A DNA stretch of 64,000 bases from Candidatus Poseidoniales archaeon. GTDB taxonomy: Archaea; Thermoplasmatota; Poseidoniia; Poseidoniales; Thalassarchaeaceae. The DNA lies in contig DUAE01000028.1 of the NCBI GenBank assembly GCA_012960975.1, positions 17,927 to 81,926 of the forward strand, read 5' to 3'. The translations under genes and the position numbers were made by a program. The notes beneath the pieces were generated by a model. The model saw only the letters and a list, made by a program, of their open reading frames with translations. It was not told the DNA's origin and did not search any database. Positions 1 through 9,712 of the stretch are shown in pieces. Positions within the stretch are counted from its first letter, which is position 1, and each line of letters opens with the position of its first letter.

Positions 1-1340
1 TTCTCATGAAAAGGCATCATATCGTTCCATTCGTTAGCCCAATCCTGTTCATCGCCCTCAACCGCAATCCCAAGATCGTAGGCGGTTTCGCCAACCGTGA
101 TAACGTATTGACCAGCCCCCCCAATCCTCTGCTCTACCCAAGTAGTGGAAAGCCCATCCGGATGGCTCGACGGGTCGTATGGGTCGGTCCCAGCGGCAAT
201 CTCCACTTCATTACTATACCAATCTCCATCTATATTGTCATCGTATGTATCTGCTATTCCATCTCCATCAGAATCCCAATCAAATTGGATATCATGTTCA
301 ACGTGGTCGGTGAGAGTGAGAGGAGCGAAAGACATTGCGCCAACGATGACGATGACCCAACCAACCAAAGAGATGGTTAAGGCATTCTTGGTACTCGTCT
401 TTTCGGCTAATTTCGTGAATCCTATAGCGCATGGAGCAGCAACGAACTGGATTATGAGAATCGTCAACATTAACGTCCCAGCTGTCAATCCCAAAACGAC
501 GATTCCGTAAATTCCGGCCAAAGCCGTGACGCTATTGATTCCATCGATGAAGAAGAAGAATGCCAACATATAGATGAAAAGAGTTCGGAATGAACTCATT
601 GACTTGATTGTCTTGATCACTTCACCTGTCGCCATCTTGGCAGAAGCGATGACGCCCAACTTCTCCATTTCATTCTCGATGTGAGGTTCTGGCACATACT
701 TGAACGTCACCATGGCGAACCCCATCCACCAAACACCGGAGGTGGCCATAATGAATGGAATTACCCAATCACCTTCAACGAGGCCGAAGAGAATGAAGTG
801 GAATAAAAGCAGCAAACCACCGCCAATATACCCGTAGGCATAAGCCAAATTGGAAATTCTATCCATCTCATCGTCGGTGCCCATATGAGGTAGTAAAGCA
901 TTGTAAAAAACGCCTGCACCATTCAGTCCGATATTAGCGATGACGAACATTATGACCAACCAAACCCATTGTCTCGATACGTCAAACATAGGGCTAAAGG
1001 CGAGTAAAAGGGTCGCTCCTGCTCCAATTATCGTGAAAACTCGTAACCACCACATCTTGATTGTCCGCCTGTCGGCAATGACACCAAGAGACGGGCTGAC
1101 CAAAGCCACAAGTAAGGCTGCGACTGTGACCCCGAGGGACCAAACCGCATCCCCGGTCATGGGTTGACCGAGAATCATAGTGTCCAAGCCATTAGCTTTC
1201 AAGAATAGATATCCGAACCAGGCAGGTCCGACCGCAGAGGTTACCGAAGTCTCGAATGAGGACTTACCCCAGTCATAAAATGCATAACCTCGAACTGCTT
1301 TAGGGTCTGATGCGCGGTCTAGTTGAACTGTCTCTGACAT
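1..1340 (-). CDS. MFS transporter, UMF1/Atg22-like family, with Asp-rich C-terminal extracytoplasmic tail (3' end beyond window edge)
   Basis: Absent from the ORF track because it has no stop in the window. My minus-strand translation from ATG 1340-1338 gives MSETVQLDRASDPKAVRGYAFYDWGKSSF... The frame was checked open at 541-720 (FAMVTFKYVPEP...LFIYMLAFFFFIDG) and at the window edge. YxFYDWxxS is typical of UMF1-type MFS. The tail reads DWDSDGDGIADTYDDNIDGDWYSNEVEIAAGTDPYDPSS. Confidence 0.7.
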   Translation of the reverse strand, partial: MSETVQLDRASDPKAVRGYAFYDWGKSSFETSVTSAVGPAWFGYLFLKANGLDTMILGQPMTGDAVWSLGVTVAALLVALVSPSLGVIADRRTIKMWWLRVFTIIGAGATLLLAFSPMFDVSRQWVWLVIMFVIANIGLNGAGVFYNALLPHMGTDDEMDRISNLAYAYGYIGGGLLLLFHFILFGLVEGDWVIPFIMATSGVWWMGFAMVTFKYVPEPHIENEMEKLGVIASAKMATGEVIKTIKSMSSFRTLFIYMLAFFFFIDGINSVTALAGIYGIVVLGLTAGTLMLTILIIQFVAAPCAIGFTKLAEKTSTKNALTISLVGWVIVIVGAMSFAPLTLTDHVEHDIQFDWDSDGDGIADTYDDNIDGDWYSNEVEIAAGTDPYDPSSHPDGLSTTWVEQRIGGAGQYVITVGETAYDLGIAVEGDEQDWANEWNDMMPFHE

Positions 1341-1419
1341 GGTAATACCTAACGGTCGGTATTCATCTAAGGGTATTAGCATTGGGGCATAGGAGAGTAT
1401 AGAATAGGTCTTGTTCAAA

Positions 1420-2589
1420 ATGAAGAATGCCTACGCAGTGTACGTGGCAGAGGACAATTTATGGGTTCAACCTGTTGAAAACTCCTTGGATGCCATTCTA
1501 CATGGAATGAAATATAGCGATGGGGTTGAGTTCGATTTACGCTTAACCAAGGATAAACGACTAATTCTCCATCACGATCCACGCGATTCAGATAATCGTT
1601 ATCTAGAGGAATATGAATCAGACAAACTCGACAATAGCCTAATTTATTTTGATGAGTTATTAGAAAAATCAGAATTTGTCGATCCTTGGATAAATCAAGC
1701 AAAAATCGCTTGCATCGAATTAAAGGCACCCCATCCAAAATCAAGAGTTGGTGGTGGCTGGTTCGGAAATGAAGCATGTGTGAGCCATATGAAGGATATG
1801 ATTCAATTAGTAAATGAAAATATTTCTGCGTTTGACATCCCAAAAACGAGCAAAGTAATTTACTCATTTGAACCCCTCACGATGAAAGCTGCTCGAGCCT
1901 TTGGAGATGAACATGATTTTGCACAATTAATGCCACATCTACGACAATGGGGGACGACTACAGTTCAACGAATGATGGGGACACCTTCATTCATCTCCCA
2001 TTCTCTACCTCGCCTAGTTGAACGTCATCGAGCAAAAGGCTCACCCCTCCTACCATGCGCTTCTACATATCTTTTCGGCCTTCGTCGCCATCTTACTCTT
2101 GGAAGAACAATTAGTTTGACTCCTGCATCGATTGAGAGATTGAATCGATCAAGAAAGGGCTATCCAATTTATATTTGGCCGGCATATCTCAAAATCGAAC
2201 ACACATTACAAAAATCAGGAATTACAACTCTAACCGACTATTTGGATCCAAATCTCTACACACTTCCAGGAGGAGATGCACGGTGGATTAAGCCGGCTAC
2301 ACAACCGTTGTTACCGGAACAAAAAATCGAATTGGAATTAGCACCCATTGAGATGCACAAAGAATTGATTGATGAATTGAGGTCAAATGTCACCCCTTGG
2401 CACGAATTATCGCCATCACAGAGGCGTGCGCACCTATCGACCTGGAGAAAGAATTGGTATTGGGAAAAAAGCCTCGATGAGTTGTTTGATCTCTCTAATT
2501 CTAACAGATTGCCATGGGAAGTGGTTCGAATGGTGGGTCATCGAGGAACTGGAAAAAATATTCTCCCAAATTATTCCAATCTACGATGA
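1420..2589 (+). CDS. Glycerophosphodiester phosphodiesterase (GDPD)-like protein, atypical
   Basis: ORF 1411-2589 starts at TTG; the first ATG is at 1420. VENSLDAILHG...DGVEFDLRLTKDKRLILHHD and CIELK resemble the GDPD motifs ENTL, E.D..LTKDG..V.HD and E.K. The N-terminal HRG motif is missing, but MVGHRGTGKN sits at the extreme C-terminus. Confidence 0.5.
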   Translation: MKNAYAVYVAEDNLWVQPVENSLDAILHGMKYSDGVEFDLRLTKDKRLILHHDPRDSDNRYLEEYESDKLDNSLIYFDELLEKSEFVDPWINQAKIACIELKAPHPKSRVGGGWFGNEACVSHMKDMIQLVNENISAFDIPKTSKVIYSFEPLTMKAARAFGDEHDFAQLMPHLRQWGTTTVQRMMGTPSFISHSLPRLVERHRAKGSPLLPCASTYLFGLRRHLTLGRTISLTPASIERLNRSRKGYPIYIWPAYLKIEHTLQKSGITTLTDYLDPNLYTLPGGDARWIKPATQPLLPEQKIELELAPIEMHKELIDELRSNVTPWHELSPSQRRAHLSTWRKNWYWEKSLDELFDLSNSNRLPWEVVRMVGHRGTGKNILPNYSNLR

Positions 2590-3740
2590 GGTTGATTTTT
2601 TGGAATATATTTTGGTCGATAAATTGGCGTTCCTCGGCCACCACGAGCATTTCGTTCATCAAGAATTTGGGCACTTATTCCAGCTACACGAGCCCACCCG
2701 AAGAAAGTCGTATAGTATTCTGGCATCCTAAATCCAACCGAATTTAATAAACTTCCACTTGCGATATCAACATTAGGGTATGGATTACTAATTTTTGGGA
2801 TCTCTGATAAGATCGGTGGAACGACTTCTCTCAGTGCCTTGACGATTTGAAAATTATCGTCATCTGGACATATTTCTTCTCCGAGTTCGATGAGTAGTCT
2901 CGCCCGAGGATCTTCAGCTCGAAGAACACCGTGACCGAATCCATAAATTGGCCGCCGATTTGCTAATTCTTCACGAACAAATTCTTCAATCTCTTCGTGA
3001 TTTGATGTTCCAATTCGTTGAACGAACTCCAAACAAGATTGGTTTGCACGACCATGTAATGGCCCTGAAAGTGCATTCATTGCACTTGAAAGTGATGAGT
3101 AAATACTAGCCCATCCAGATGCGACTGCTTTCCCTGAAAAGGTCGAAAGATTGCCACCCCCATGATCCATGTGTAAAATGAAGAAGAACCTGAGAACATG
3201 CGTGACTTTCTCTGCTCTTTCACCTTCATAACCCATCATGTGAACAAAATTTTCAACAAGACCAAGTTCTGGTTTACGAGGCTTAAGTTTGTCTTCAACT
3301 CCATTTCTCAATCTGAAAATTCTCGCCATCAATTCAGGCATTCTAGCAATTAAATTCATCGCATCAGCTCGAGTGTCACCTGTCGTCTCCGCAGTACCAA
3401 GAGCCATTATTCCAATCGATAACCAATCCATTGGATGGCCCGACCCTGGTGTTAATGATTCCAATACTCTCAATGCACCAGTTGGAATGTTTTTACCACG
3501 TTGTGCTAGTTCTGCACGGAATTCTTTCGATTCATGGTCAGATGGTAATCTCTTGTACATCAGAAGAAAAATAACATCTTCTTCTTCCAAATCTACTAGG
3601 TCCTCTACTGGATACCCGACATAATGAATCCCCTCAATGGGATCGACATAAGAGGTCTGACAAGTACCTACTGGAATTCCTCGTAATCCTGTATCGAGAT
3701 GCTTGTCTGTCACTGTGAACAAATCTTCACCATCTACCAT
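2571..3740 (-). CDS. gltA: Citrate synthase
   Basis: 389 aa. Motifs: GIHYVGYPVEDL, LHMDHGGGNLSTF (HxDH..N.ST) and GFGHGVLRAEDPRA (GFGHxV...DPR). Confidence 0.92.
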   Translation of the reverse strand: MVDGEDLFTVTDKHLDTGLRGIPVGTCQTSYVDPIEGIHYVGYPVEDLVDLEEEDVIFLLMYKRLPSDHESKEFRAELAQRGKNIPTGALRVLESLTPGSGHPMDWLSIGIMALGTAETTGDTRADAMNLIARMPELMARIFRLRNGVEDKLKPRKPELGLVENFVHMMGYEGERAEKVTHVLRFFFILHMDHGGGNLSTFSGKAVASGWASIYSSLSSAMNALSGPLHGRANQSCLEFVQRIGTSNHEEIEEFVREELANRRPIYGFGHGVLRAEDPRARLLIELGEEICPDDDNFQIVKALREVVPPILSEIPKISNPYPNVDIASGSLLNSVGFRMPEYYTTFFGWARVAGISAQILDERNARGGRGTPIYRPKYIPKNQPHRRLE

Positions 3741-3903
3741 ATTGCCATCCCTCTCGATTGACCATGCGGGGAATCAATCATAATCCCTCCGATAATAACA
3801 ATTCGTAATATTGATTGACTGGTTGTAATATTTTTCTGATAACACGGATTATTACTAAAATTAGGGGCACAATGGTAATAATTGACACGACTCACGATTT
3901 ACT

Positions 3904-4518
3904 GTGGATGGGTGGCGTAACCGACTCTCTGAGTTCGATGAAGAACATCGACACATGTTCGAAGGTGGCTCCCTCAGCCAGTTATTTCTTCGTTATCCGT
4001 TGACTGTTTGTCATCCCGTTTTTGTAGGCATTATCTATGGATTATTAATCAGCCTTCCTTTGATATTACCATTGGGTTATGAGGCATACTCCATAGAGAA
4101 AACCCTCAATGAATTATTATTAGAATGGGTATTATTGACGATAAGCATAATTGCAATGTGCTCATTTCTCGGTGGATTCTCTAGCCTCGCTTCGTCAATA
4201 TTCAAAAGGCCTCCAATTCGCTTAGAAAATCGAAGAAGGTATCTATTTCCATTTCCATTCATCGGTATGATGATTATTACTTTAACAACATTCTACGACT
4301 TCGAAAGCTGGATTAACTCATTGGGTTTAATTTTCTTAATTATTCCAGGACCATTATACATTCACCTATCTTACGCGCCAAGATGGAGAATGCTTGACCG
4401 AATTGATAGAGGACTTGACCCATTCGAGGGAATGTCTAGAACTATTGATAAAATCAAAACTAGCAACATAGGAATCCAATCAGATTACGAAGTTGAAGAA
4501 GCTGTATCTGAATTATAA
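3904..4518 (+). CDS. Hypothetical multi-pass membrane protein
   Basis: 204-aa ORF with a GTG start (alternative ATG at 3955). It has four or more hydrophobic spans and no motif I recognise. Confidence 0.45.
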   Translation: MDGWRNRLSEFDEEHRHMFEGGSLSQLFLRYPLTVCHPVFVGIIYGLLISLPLILPLGYEAYSIEKTLNELLLEWVLLTISIIAMCSFLGGFSSLASSIFKRPPIRLENRRRYLFPFPFIGMMIITLTTFYDFESWINSLGLIFLIIPGPLYIHLSYAPRWRMLDRIDRGLDPFEGMSRTIDKIKTSNIGIQSDYEVEEAVSEL

Positions 4519-4527
4519 ATTCGTGAA

Positions 4528-5715
4528 TCAGATTAATCTTAATTCAGGTCCTACCTTTTCGAACAATCTTAACACTTCATTGAGATCATCTTGATTCAAG
4601 CCAGCAGACATCTGTGTTCGAACCCTCGCTTGATCCCTCGCAACCATTGGGAAAACTATCGCACCTGCCATTACCCCTTCCTCACCTAATCGTTGAGACA
4701 AATTCTTTGCTACGATTGAATCGCCACACATTACCGGTATTATTGGAGTTTCAGATAACCCAGTATCGAAGCCCATAGATTGAAGTTCATTTCTAAAATA
4801 AATGGTATTCTCCCATAATTTTGCATGATGTTCTGGCTCGCTCATCAAGACCTCTATTGATGCTTTTTGTGCAGCGGCTACACCCGGCGGTTGACTGCCA
4901 GATAGGAGCCAAGAACGAGAATGATTCAATGCATAATTACGCACTTCTTCTGAACCTGCTACTATTCCACCTTGAACACCAAGTGCTTTAGAAAATGAAC
5001 CGATTTCAAAATCAACCTTACCTTGAAGTTTGAAATGATCGACAATTCCAGCACCTCCTTTGCCGAGGACACCTTCTCCATGACAATCGTCAACAAAGAC
5101 CATCGCACCATATTCTTCCGCTAATGTTGTAATTTCATCTAACGGTGCGATGTCACCATCCATGGAGAAAACTCCATCGGTGATAATCAATTTACGATCT
5201 GAATCCCCATGAGACTTTAGAACCGCCTCTAAAGCCCCCATATCTTTATGAGAATATACCCCTCTAGCAGCTTTAGTTAGACGTACACCATCAATGATAG
5301 ATCCATGGTTTAATTCATCACTGATAATTACATCTTGTGGCCCTTGGACAAGTGATGGAATTAAACCTACATTGGCGGTATAGCCTGCTGAATATATCAG
5401 AGCGGATTCTACGCCTTTAAATTCTGCAACTTTCTTTTCCGCATCAAGATGGATGTCCATGGTACCAGCGATTGCCCGGACCGAGCCACTTCCTGCACCG
5501 TATTTTTGAGTAGCTTCAATCATCGCCGAAACAACCCTTGGATGATTTGTCAAATTAAGATAATTATTAGCAGACAACATTATTGTTGGCCGACCATTCA
5601 TGATACATCTAGGCTCATTCGCAGTTTCGAGAGTTGGAGGATTCCAATCCAATCCTTCTCGCTGTAGGTCAGCAAATTTCTCAGACATCCAAGATGTGTC
5701 GCCGGGCATGAACAT
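4528..5715 (-). CDS. PLP-dependent alpha-oxoamine synthase (glycine C-acetyltransferase / 8-amino-7-oxononanoate synthase family)
   Basis: 395 aa. Motifs: GSGSVRAIAGT, YTANVGL, DDCHGEGVLG and the PLP-lysine motif GSFSKALG. The Kbl versus BioF choice cannot be resolved by eye. Confidence 0.85.
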   Translation of the reverse strand: MFMPGDTSWMSEKFADLQREGLDWNPPTLETANEPRCIMNGRPTIMLSANNYLNLTNHPRVVSAMIEATQKYGAGSGSVRAIAGTMDIHLDAEKKVAEFKGVESALIYSAGYTANVGLIPSLVQGPQDVIISDELNHGSIIDGVRLTKAARGVYSHKDMGALEAVLKSHGDSDRKLIITDGVFSMDGDIAPLDEITTLAEEYGAMVFVDDCHGEGVLGKGGAGIVDHFKLQGKVDFEIGSFSKALGVQGGIVAGSEEVRNYALNHSRSWLLSGSQPPGVAAAQKASIEVLMSEPEHHAKLWENTIYFRNELQSMGFDTGLSETPIIPVMCGDSIVAKNLSQRLGEEGVMAGAIVFPMVARDQARVRTQMSAGLNQDDLNEVLRLFEKVGPELRLI

Positions 5716-5778
5716 CTGACAACACTACAGTTCATTGGTTCTTCGCTGGTCAATAGTCCGATTTCTAACTTCACTAAG

Positions 5779-5786
5779 ATTTTATC
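5779..5786 (+). promoter_or_regulatory. Putative TATA box of the PqqB-like gene
   Basis: ATTTTATC is centred about 30 nt upstream of ATG 5813. Confidence 0.4.
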
Positions 5787-5812
5787 ATGTACCTGAGTAA
5801 CCGACCTCTAAG

Positions 5813-6706
5813 ATGAGCCATTTTGTCACTCTCACTTTGCTTGGAACAGCCCAAGATGCTGGACTCCCACAAGCTGGTTGTGGTTGCGAAAGATGCAGCC
5901 TTGCTCATGTCGATTCATCGAAAATTCGATTCCCAGTGTCTTTAGGAATTCGAGGTCTAGATGATTCGAATCATCTCATCGAAGTCACAAGAAGATTGCC
6001 TGCACAACTTTCAGAATGGGCGTCATCACTCGGCGAGAAAATACCAATAACACCCGATTCAGTAACATTCACTCACCTTCACCTGGGGCACATAGAAGGT
6101 TTAGGCCAATTTGGAAAACCCGCTATGGCGCTGAAGGATATACCAATTTATTCTACACGAAAAAATCTCGACTATTTGGGAAAACGAATCGATTTCAAAC
6201 AAATGGTAGACGATGGTAATTTCAATCCAGTTGGGATAGATTTTGAACAACCTTTCAAACCGACTGAAGAATGTGGGTTTACTATAGAATTGATAGAAAT
6301 TCCACATCGAAATGAAAATGGAGATACAGCTGGGATCATCATTCGAGGACCAAAAAACGCCCTCCTCTTTCTACCCGATCACGATACTTGGGAAGAAACT
6401 CTTATCGCCACTAATTCAAGAAACATAAGAGAATTTTTTAAAAAATTACAAATTAATGAAGCTTGGATTGACGGGACTTTTTGGAATGGAGAGGAATTAT
6501 CCAAACGAGATATGTCAAAAATCCCTCATCCGACTATCGAAGAGAGTTTGATGAGATTACAAAAAAAAGAATATAATGATATTAATGTGAAATTTATCCA
6601 CTTCAACCATACTAACCCAGTTTGTGATGACAGAAGTGAAGAGTGGCAGCAGATTAAATCGAAGGGGTGGGGCATTGGCCGAAGAGGAGATGTCATCAAA
6701 CTCTGA
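5813..6706 (+). CDS. PqqB-like metallo-beta-lactamase-fold protein
   Basis: The N-terminus LLGTAQDAGLPQAGCGCERC resembles PqqB LGSAAGGGFPQWNCNC.NC. THLHLGHIEGL is an MBL-type His motif. Confidence 0.6.
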   Translation: MSHFVTLTLLGTAQDAGLPQAGCGCERCSLAHVDSSKIRFPVSLGIRGLDDSNHLIEVTRRLPAQLSEWASSLGEKIPITPDSVTFTHLHLGHIEGLGQFGKPAMALKDIPIYSTRKNLDYLGKRIDFKQMVDDGNFNPVGIDFEQPFKPTEECGFTIELIEIPHRNENGDTAGIIIRGPKNALLFLPDHDTWEETLIATNSRNIREFFKKLQINEAWIDGTFWNGEELSKRDMSKIPHPTIEESLMRLQKKEYNDINVKFIHFNHTNPVCDDRSEEWQQIKSKGWGIGRRGDVIKL

Positions 6707-6736
6707 TAATTAGCGTCGAGAAATGCTCATGAACAG

Positions 6737-7189
6737 ATGGGCAAACCGCAACCCATGGATATGAGAGGCTATATCACAAGTGGGCTAGGCAGAGCTCATG
6801 TTTTCATGGCTCAGTCTCATTATCAAAATCAATTCAAGAAAGTTCTCGACGCAGGAGCTTGGCCGGGTACTTTGAATTTAGATTTAGAAGGCGAAAACCT
6901 AGAATTTTACAAAAATCTAAGAATAATTGCAGGTTTAGATGAAGGCAAAGTCAATTTGGGCCCAGAACCTTTGAGGATACAAGGATTTGAGAGAGATGGA
7001 AAATCATTCGGGGGTGCGACTGCATTCAGAGGTGAAATTTCAATCGATGGGGAAAATTGGATTTCATGCGCCATATTAATTCCGGATCTGACCCGACATA
7101 CAAAAATTGCAGAGATTATCTCGGGATCTTTTCTTCGCGAAAGCCTTCCTTGTTCCGATGGTGATGAAGTTCAAATCAGATTGAATTGA
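6737..7189 (+). CDS. ribK: CTP-dependent riboflavin kinase (archaeal RibK)
   Basis: 150 aa. GLGRAHVFMAQSHYQNQFKKVL...WPGTLNLDL matches the archaeal riboflavin kinase (MJ0056-type) signature G.G.G......Y..qf.....PGTLN. Confidence 0.8.
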   Translation: MGKPQPMDMRGYITSGLGRAHVFMAQSHYQNQFKKVLDAGAWPGTLNLDLEGENLEFYKNLRIIAGLDEGKVNLGPEPLRIQGFERDGKSFGGATAFRGEISIDGENWISCAILIPDLTRHTKIAEIISGSFLRESLPCSDGDEVQIRLN

Positions 7190-8039
7190 GAGAAATTAAC
7201 CATTCTCGTTCCAAAAGTAACCCCATTTCGAGTTTTGCCATCGAGAGCCACCTTTTGTATCGAGTTTTATCTTGGGGTTGAACTGTAAATGAGGATGTTT
7301 CTGCAATTGAATCCAATCCCATACCATCAGAATCTTTGTGTTCGATTTTCCAAAGTATGAGTCCATGTGATTGATTTCTTCCGAGATCGGAAGATATTTC
7401 GGGAGAATTCAGAGCAGATTTAACCTCCTCAATATTTATTCTGCCTGAAACTACTCCGGTGAGAGCTGAAGCGATTCGTCTAACTTGATTCCACAAAAAC
7501 GCTTCAGATTTAATGGAAAAACCAACAAGCCGACCCTTATCACTATACCATGGTTCGCAATTATCTATGGTTCTATTAGGGTTAATATCCTTCTCAAGAC
7601 GGCAAAAATTTGTGAAATTATGGTTGCCAACAAATAAATCACAAACATCCCCAAATAAATCTTCATCAACAATTTCAGGCCATTCTTCACTCATTTCAGT
7701 TCGAAATAGATATGTTCTGCTGATCGCACCCCGGCTCCTAACCATTGAATTGACAAAACGTAAATCCCAAATCGACATTGAGGGAGACAATTTATTATTC
7801 AAAACTCTAATAATCGTTGATTTGGGGACATTATCATATACTTTTTGTGGAATATCGATGCAGGCTAAATTCATTCTGACATTCACACCTGCGTCCGTCC
7901 GGCTTGACATTTCTAAACATCCATCCTCCCACCAAGTAATCTTGCGAAGTGCATATTCAATTTCCCCTTGAACAGTAGAAACATTAGGTTGAATTTGGGA
8001 GCCATGAAACGCTTCGCCATGGTATCCAAAAGCGACCAT
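7176..8039 (-). CDS. truA: tRNA pseudouridine synthase A
   Basis: The ORF runs to 8057 (TTG). ATG at 8039 gives MVAFGYHGEAFHGSQIQP (the YdG..f.G.Q.Q motif). The catalytic SRTDAGVN motif is present. Confidence 0.85.
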   Translation of the reverse strand: MVAFGYHGEAFHGSQIQPNVSTVQGEIEYALRKITWWEDGCLEMSSRTDAGVNVRMNLACIDIPQKVYDNVPKSTIIRVLNNKLSPSMSIWDLRFVNSMVRSRGAISRTYLFRTEMSEEWPEIVDEDLFGDVCDLFVGNHNFTNFCRLEKDINPNRTIDNCEPWYSDKGRLVGFSIKSEAFLWNQVRRIASALTGVVSGRINIEEVKSALNSPEISSDLGRNQSHGLILWKIEHKDSDGMGLDSIAETSSFTVQPQDKTRYKRWLSMAKLEMGLLLEREWLISLNSI

Positions 8040-8070
8040 AATTCGGCCGCGGTGCAAATGAATCCCCCGA

Positions 8071-8619
8071 TTATTCCTCGGTAGAGAGGTACTCGACTGC
8101 TTCTTCTGCTGAAGGGAATCCGAGGCCTAGCAATGCGAATTCGATCGCCACTGCCACAAATTGCTTCGCGAAAGGATGACTTCGATCAAAGTTGGTTTTC
8201 AAATCGATAGATTCCATCAACATTCTTGCCGCTTCATATAGATGGAATGAAACATCGACATCGTCTTGTGAATCTCCAAGTACCTTCAATTTTTGAAATT
8301 CTCGAACAGCCATTGGAACCCTATCAAATTCGATTAGAGCATTGGCATATGCTGCCAAATAATCTGCATTATCTGGATCTAATCCAGCCGCCTTTCTCAA
8401 GTATGATTGAACTTTTCCTTCGTTGATTTTATCCTTGCCAGAATTATCCATATTACCATTTTCTTGAATTTCAAACATTGCCGCTTCAGCCCAACCATGG
8501 AAACCAGCAGGGTCTTTAGGGTTAGTCGCAATGTGTGATTCAAATATTTCCATAGCCCCAATAAAGTCACCTTGGGTGATGTGTTGTGCTGCAATTGTAA
8601 TAACATCCTCTTCAGACAT
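8071..8619 (-). CDS. Hypothetical protein, TPR-like helical repeats
   Basis: 182 aa and acidic. The repeat-like helices GDFIGAMEIFESHIATNPKDPAGFHGWAEA and DPDNADYLAAYANALIEF resemble TPR. Confidence 0.4.
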   Translation of the reverse strand: MSEEDVITIAAQHITQGDFIGAMEIFESHIATNPKDPAGFHGWAEAAMFEIQENGNMDNSGKDKINEGKVQSYLRKAAGLDPDNADYLAAYANALIEFDRVPMAVREFQKLKVLGDSQDDVDVSFHLYEAARMLMESIDLKTNFDRSHPFAKQFVAVAIEFALLGLGFPSAEEAVEYLSTEE

Positions 8620-8681
8620 GTCGAATCCTCTTAACTCGGGTCGAACGCTATTCGGTTATGAACGGTACGGAATCAATACCT

Positions 8682-9659
8682 TCATTCATTAGACCGAGAC
8701 ATCTCTAAAAGTCCAGGTCTTCCTTGCTTTCTATCCATCATTTCATTAACTATTTTGTAAACAAGCATTGGGTTATTAACACCATACAAACTATTTGCTG
8801 GACTCTGGACCAAATCTACTCGTTCCCGTTGAACGAACAATAATACTTTCAATAATTTGAAAAATTTCTTAGTCGTACTTACTTCCTCATTATTGATTAA
8901 TTCACTACTATCTTCGTCAGAATGGTCTGCCGCAACATTATCTTCATCTTCAGTCAAGATTATCACATTGCCAAACCCGATTAATTTCGCAATAAATGAT
9001 TGTTGAGTTTTAACGTTCAAAATCATATTGTAAGGGATTACTCGAGAATAAACTCCCATGGATAATATTCGTCGACGTACATGTATCATTTTATCAGTTA
9101 CCACATATTGAAATGAAGTTTGGTATAAAATAGTTACAAACAACATTAATCCGCTCGTCACTAAACCTAAAACAAGGAACCAATGATCTAACCATAAAGG
9201 AAAGGGGTTTGAAACATCATATCCAAATAATTCCAAAATTACTTCAATCCAATGAGAAAAAACCCAAATTGATGGAATTAAACCTATGACTATCAAGCAA
9301 GTAGTTGTCCACCTTCCAGATGTTGAGAAATTCAAAAAATGATTAATTCTTGCAAATATCAACATGAATAAAACAAAACTTAGCATATCGATTTTATCGA
9401 AAACTAATAGTAGCATTCTTAGTATAATATTCAAGCCATCTCCTTGAAATTTCACTTCTTCTGCGACCCAAAAGAATGACAGATGTATCAGAAAAATCAG
9501 TCCCACTAAAAAATATCTTTCTAACATCGAAAAAGCTGATGGAAAACCCGCCCAAATGACTTCTTCTTCATCTGAAATCTTAGAAAATTTACCTCTTATT
9601 ATCTCCTCGTCTAATTCAGATTTAGCTTCATCGACTATATCTTGAATCATTGTACTCAC
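8682..9659 (-). CDS. Membrane protein with bacterial-type PH (bPH_2/YdbT-like) domain
   Basis: 325 aa with several TM spans. The segment YVVTDKMIHVRRRILSMGVYSRVIPYNMILNVKTQQSFIAKLIGFGNVIILTED resembles bPH_2. Confidence 0.5.
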   Translation of the reverse strand: MSTMIQDIVDEAKSELDEEIIRGKFSKISDEEEVIWAGFPSAFSMLERYFLVGLIFLIHLSFFWVAEEVKFQGDGLNIILRMLLLVFDKIDMLSFVLFMLIFARINHFLNFSTSGRWTTTCLIVIGLIPSIWVFSHWIEVILELFGYDVSNPFPLWLDHWFLVLGLVTSGLMLFVTILYQTSFQYVVTDKMIHVRRRILSMGVYSRVIPYNMILNVKTQQSFIAKLIGFGNVIILTEDEDNVAADHSDEDSSELINNEEVSTTKKFFKLLKVLLFVQRERVDLVQSPANSLYGVNNPMLVYKIVNEMMDRKQGRPGLLEMSRSNE

Positions 9660-9712
9660 TCGTTTATTTAAACATTATTTTCAAAGATATATACTAATTT
9701 CATAGTCATAAT

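Noticed and set aside
6-1167. Plus-strand ORFs 6-380, 145-510 and 940-1167.
   Set aside because: The region is fully explained by the minus-strand UMF1-type MFS gene, which is open from 1340 to the window edge. The plus-strand translations are low-complexity with no motifs.
1415-1867. A 150-aa minus-strand ORF antisense to the GDPD-like gene. The antisense ORFs 7513-7971 (in truA), 23346-23708 (in ileS) and 16223-16636 / 16886-17200 (in tgtA) are similar.
   Set aside because: All lie within better-supported CDSs on the other strand and lack motifs. They are typical shadow ORFs.
2387-2747. Plus-strand ORFs after the GDPD-like gene. I considered them as a frameshifted continuation of a second GDPD domain following the C-terminal HRG motif.
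   Set aside because: Neither alternative frame contains the ENTL / E.D..TKDG..HD motifs. The DNA is fully accounted for by the citrate synthase C-terminus on the opposite strand.
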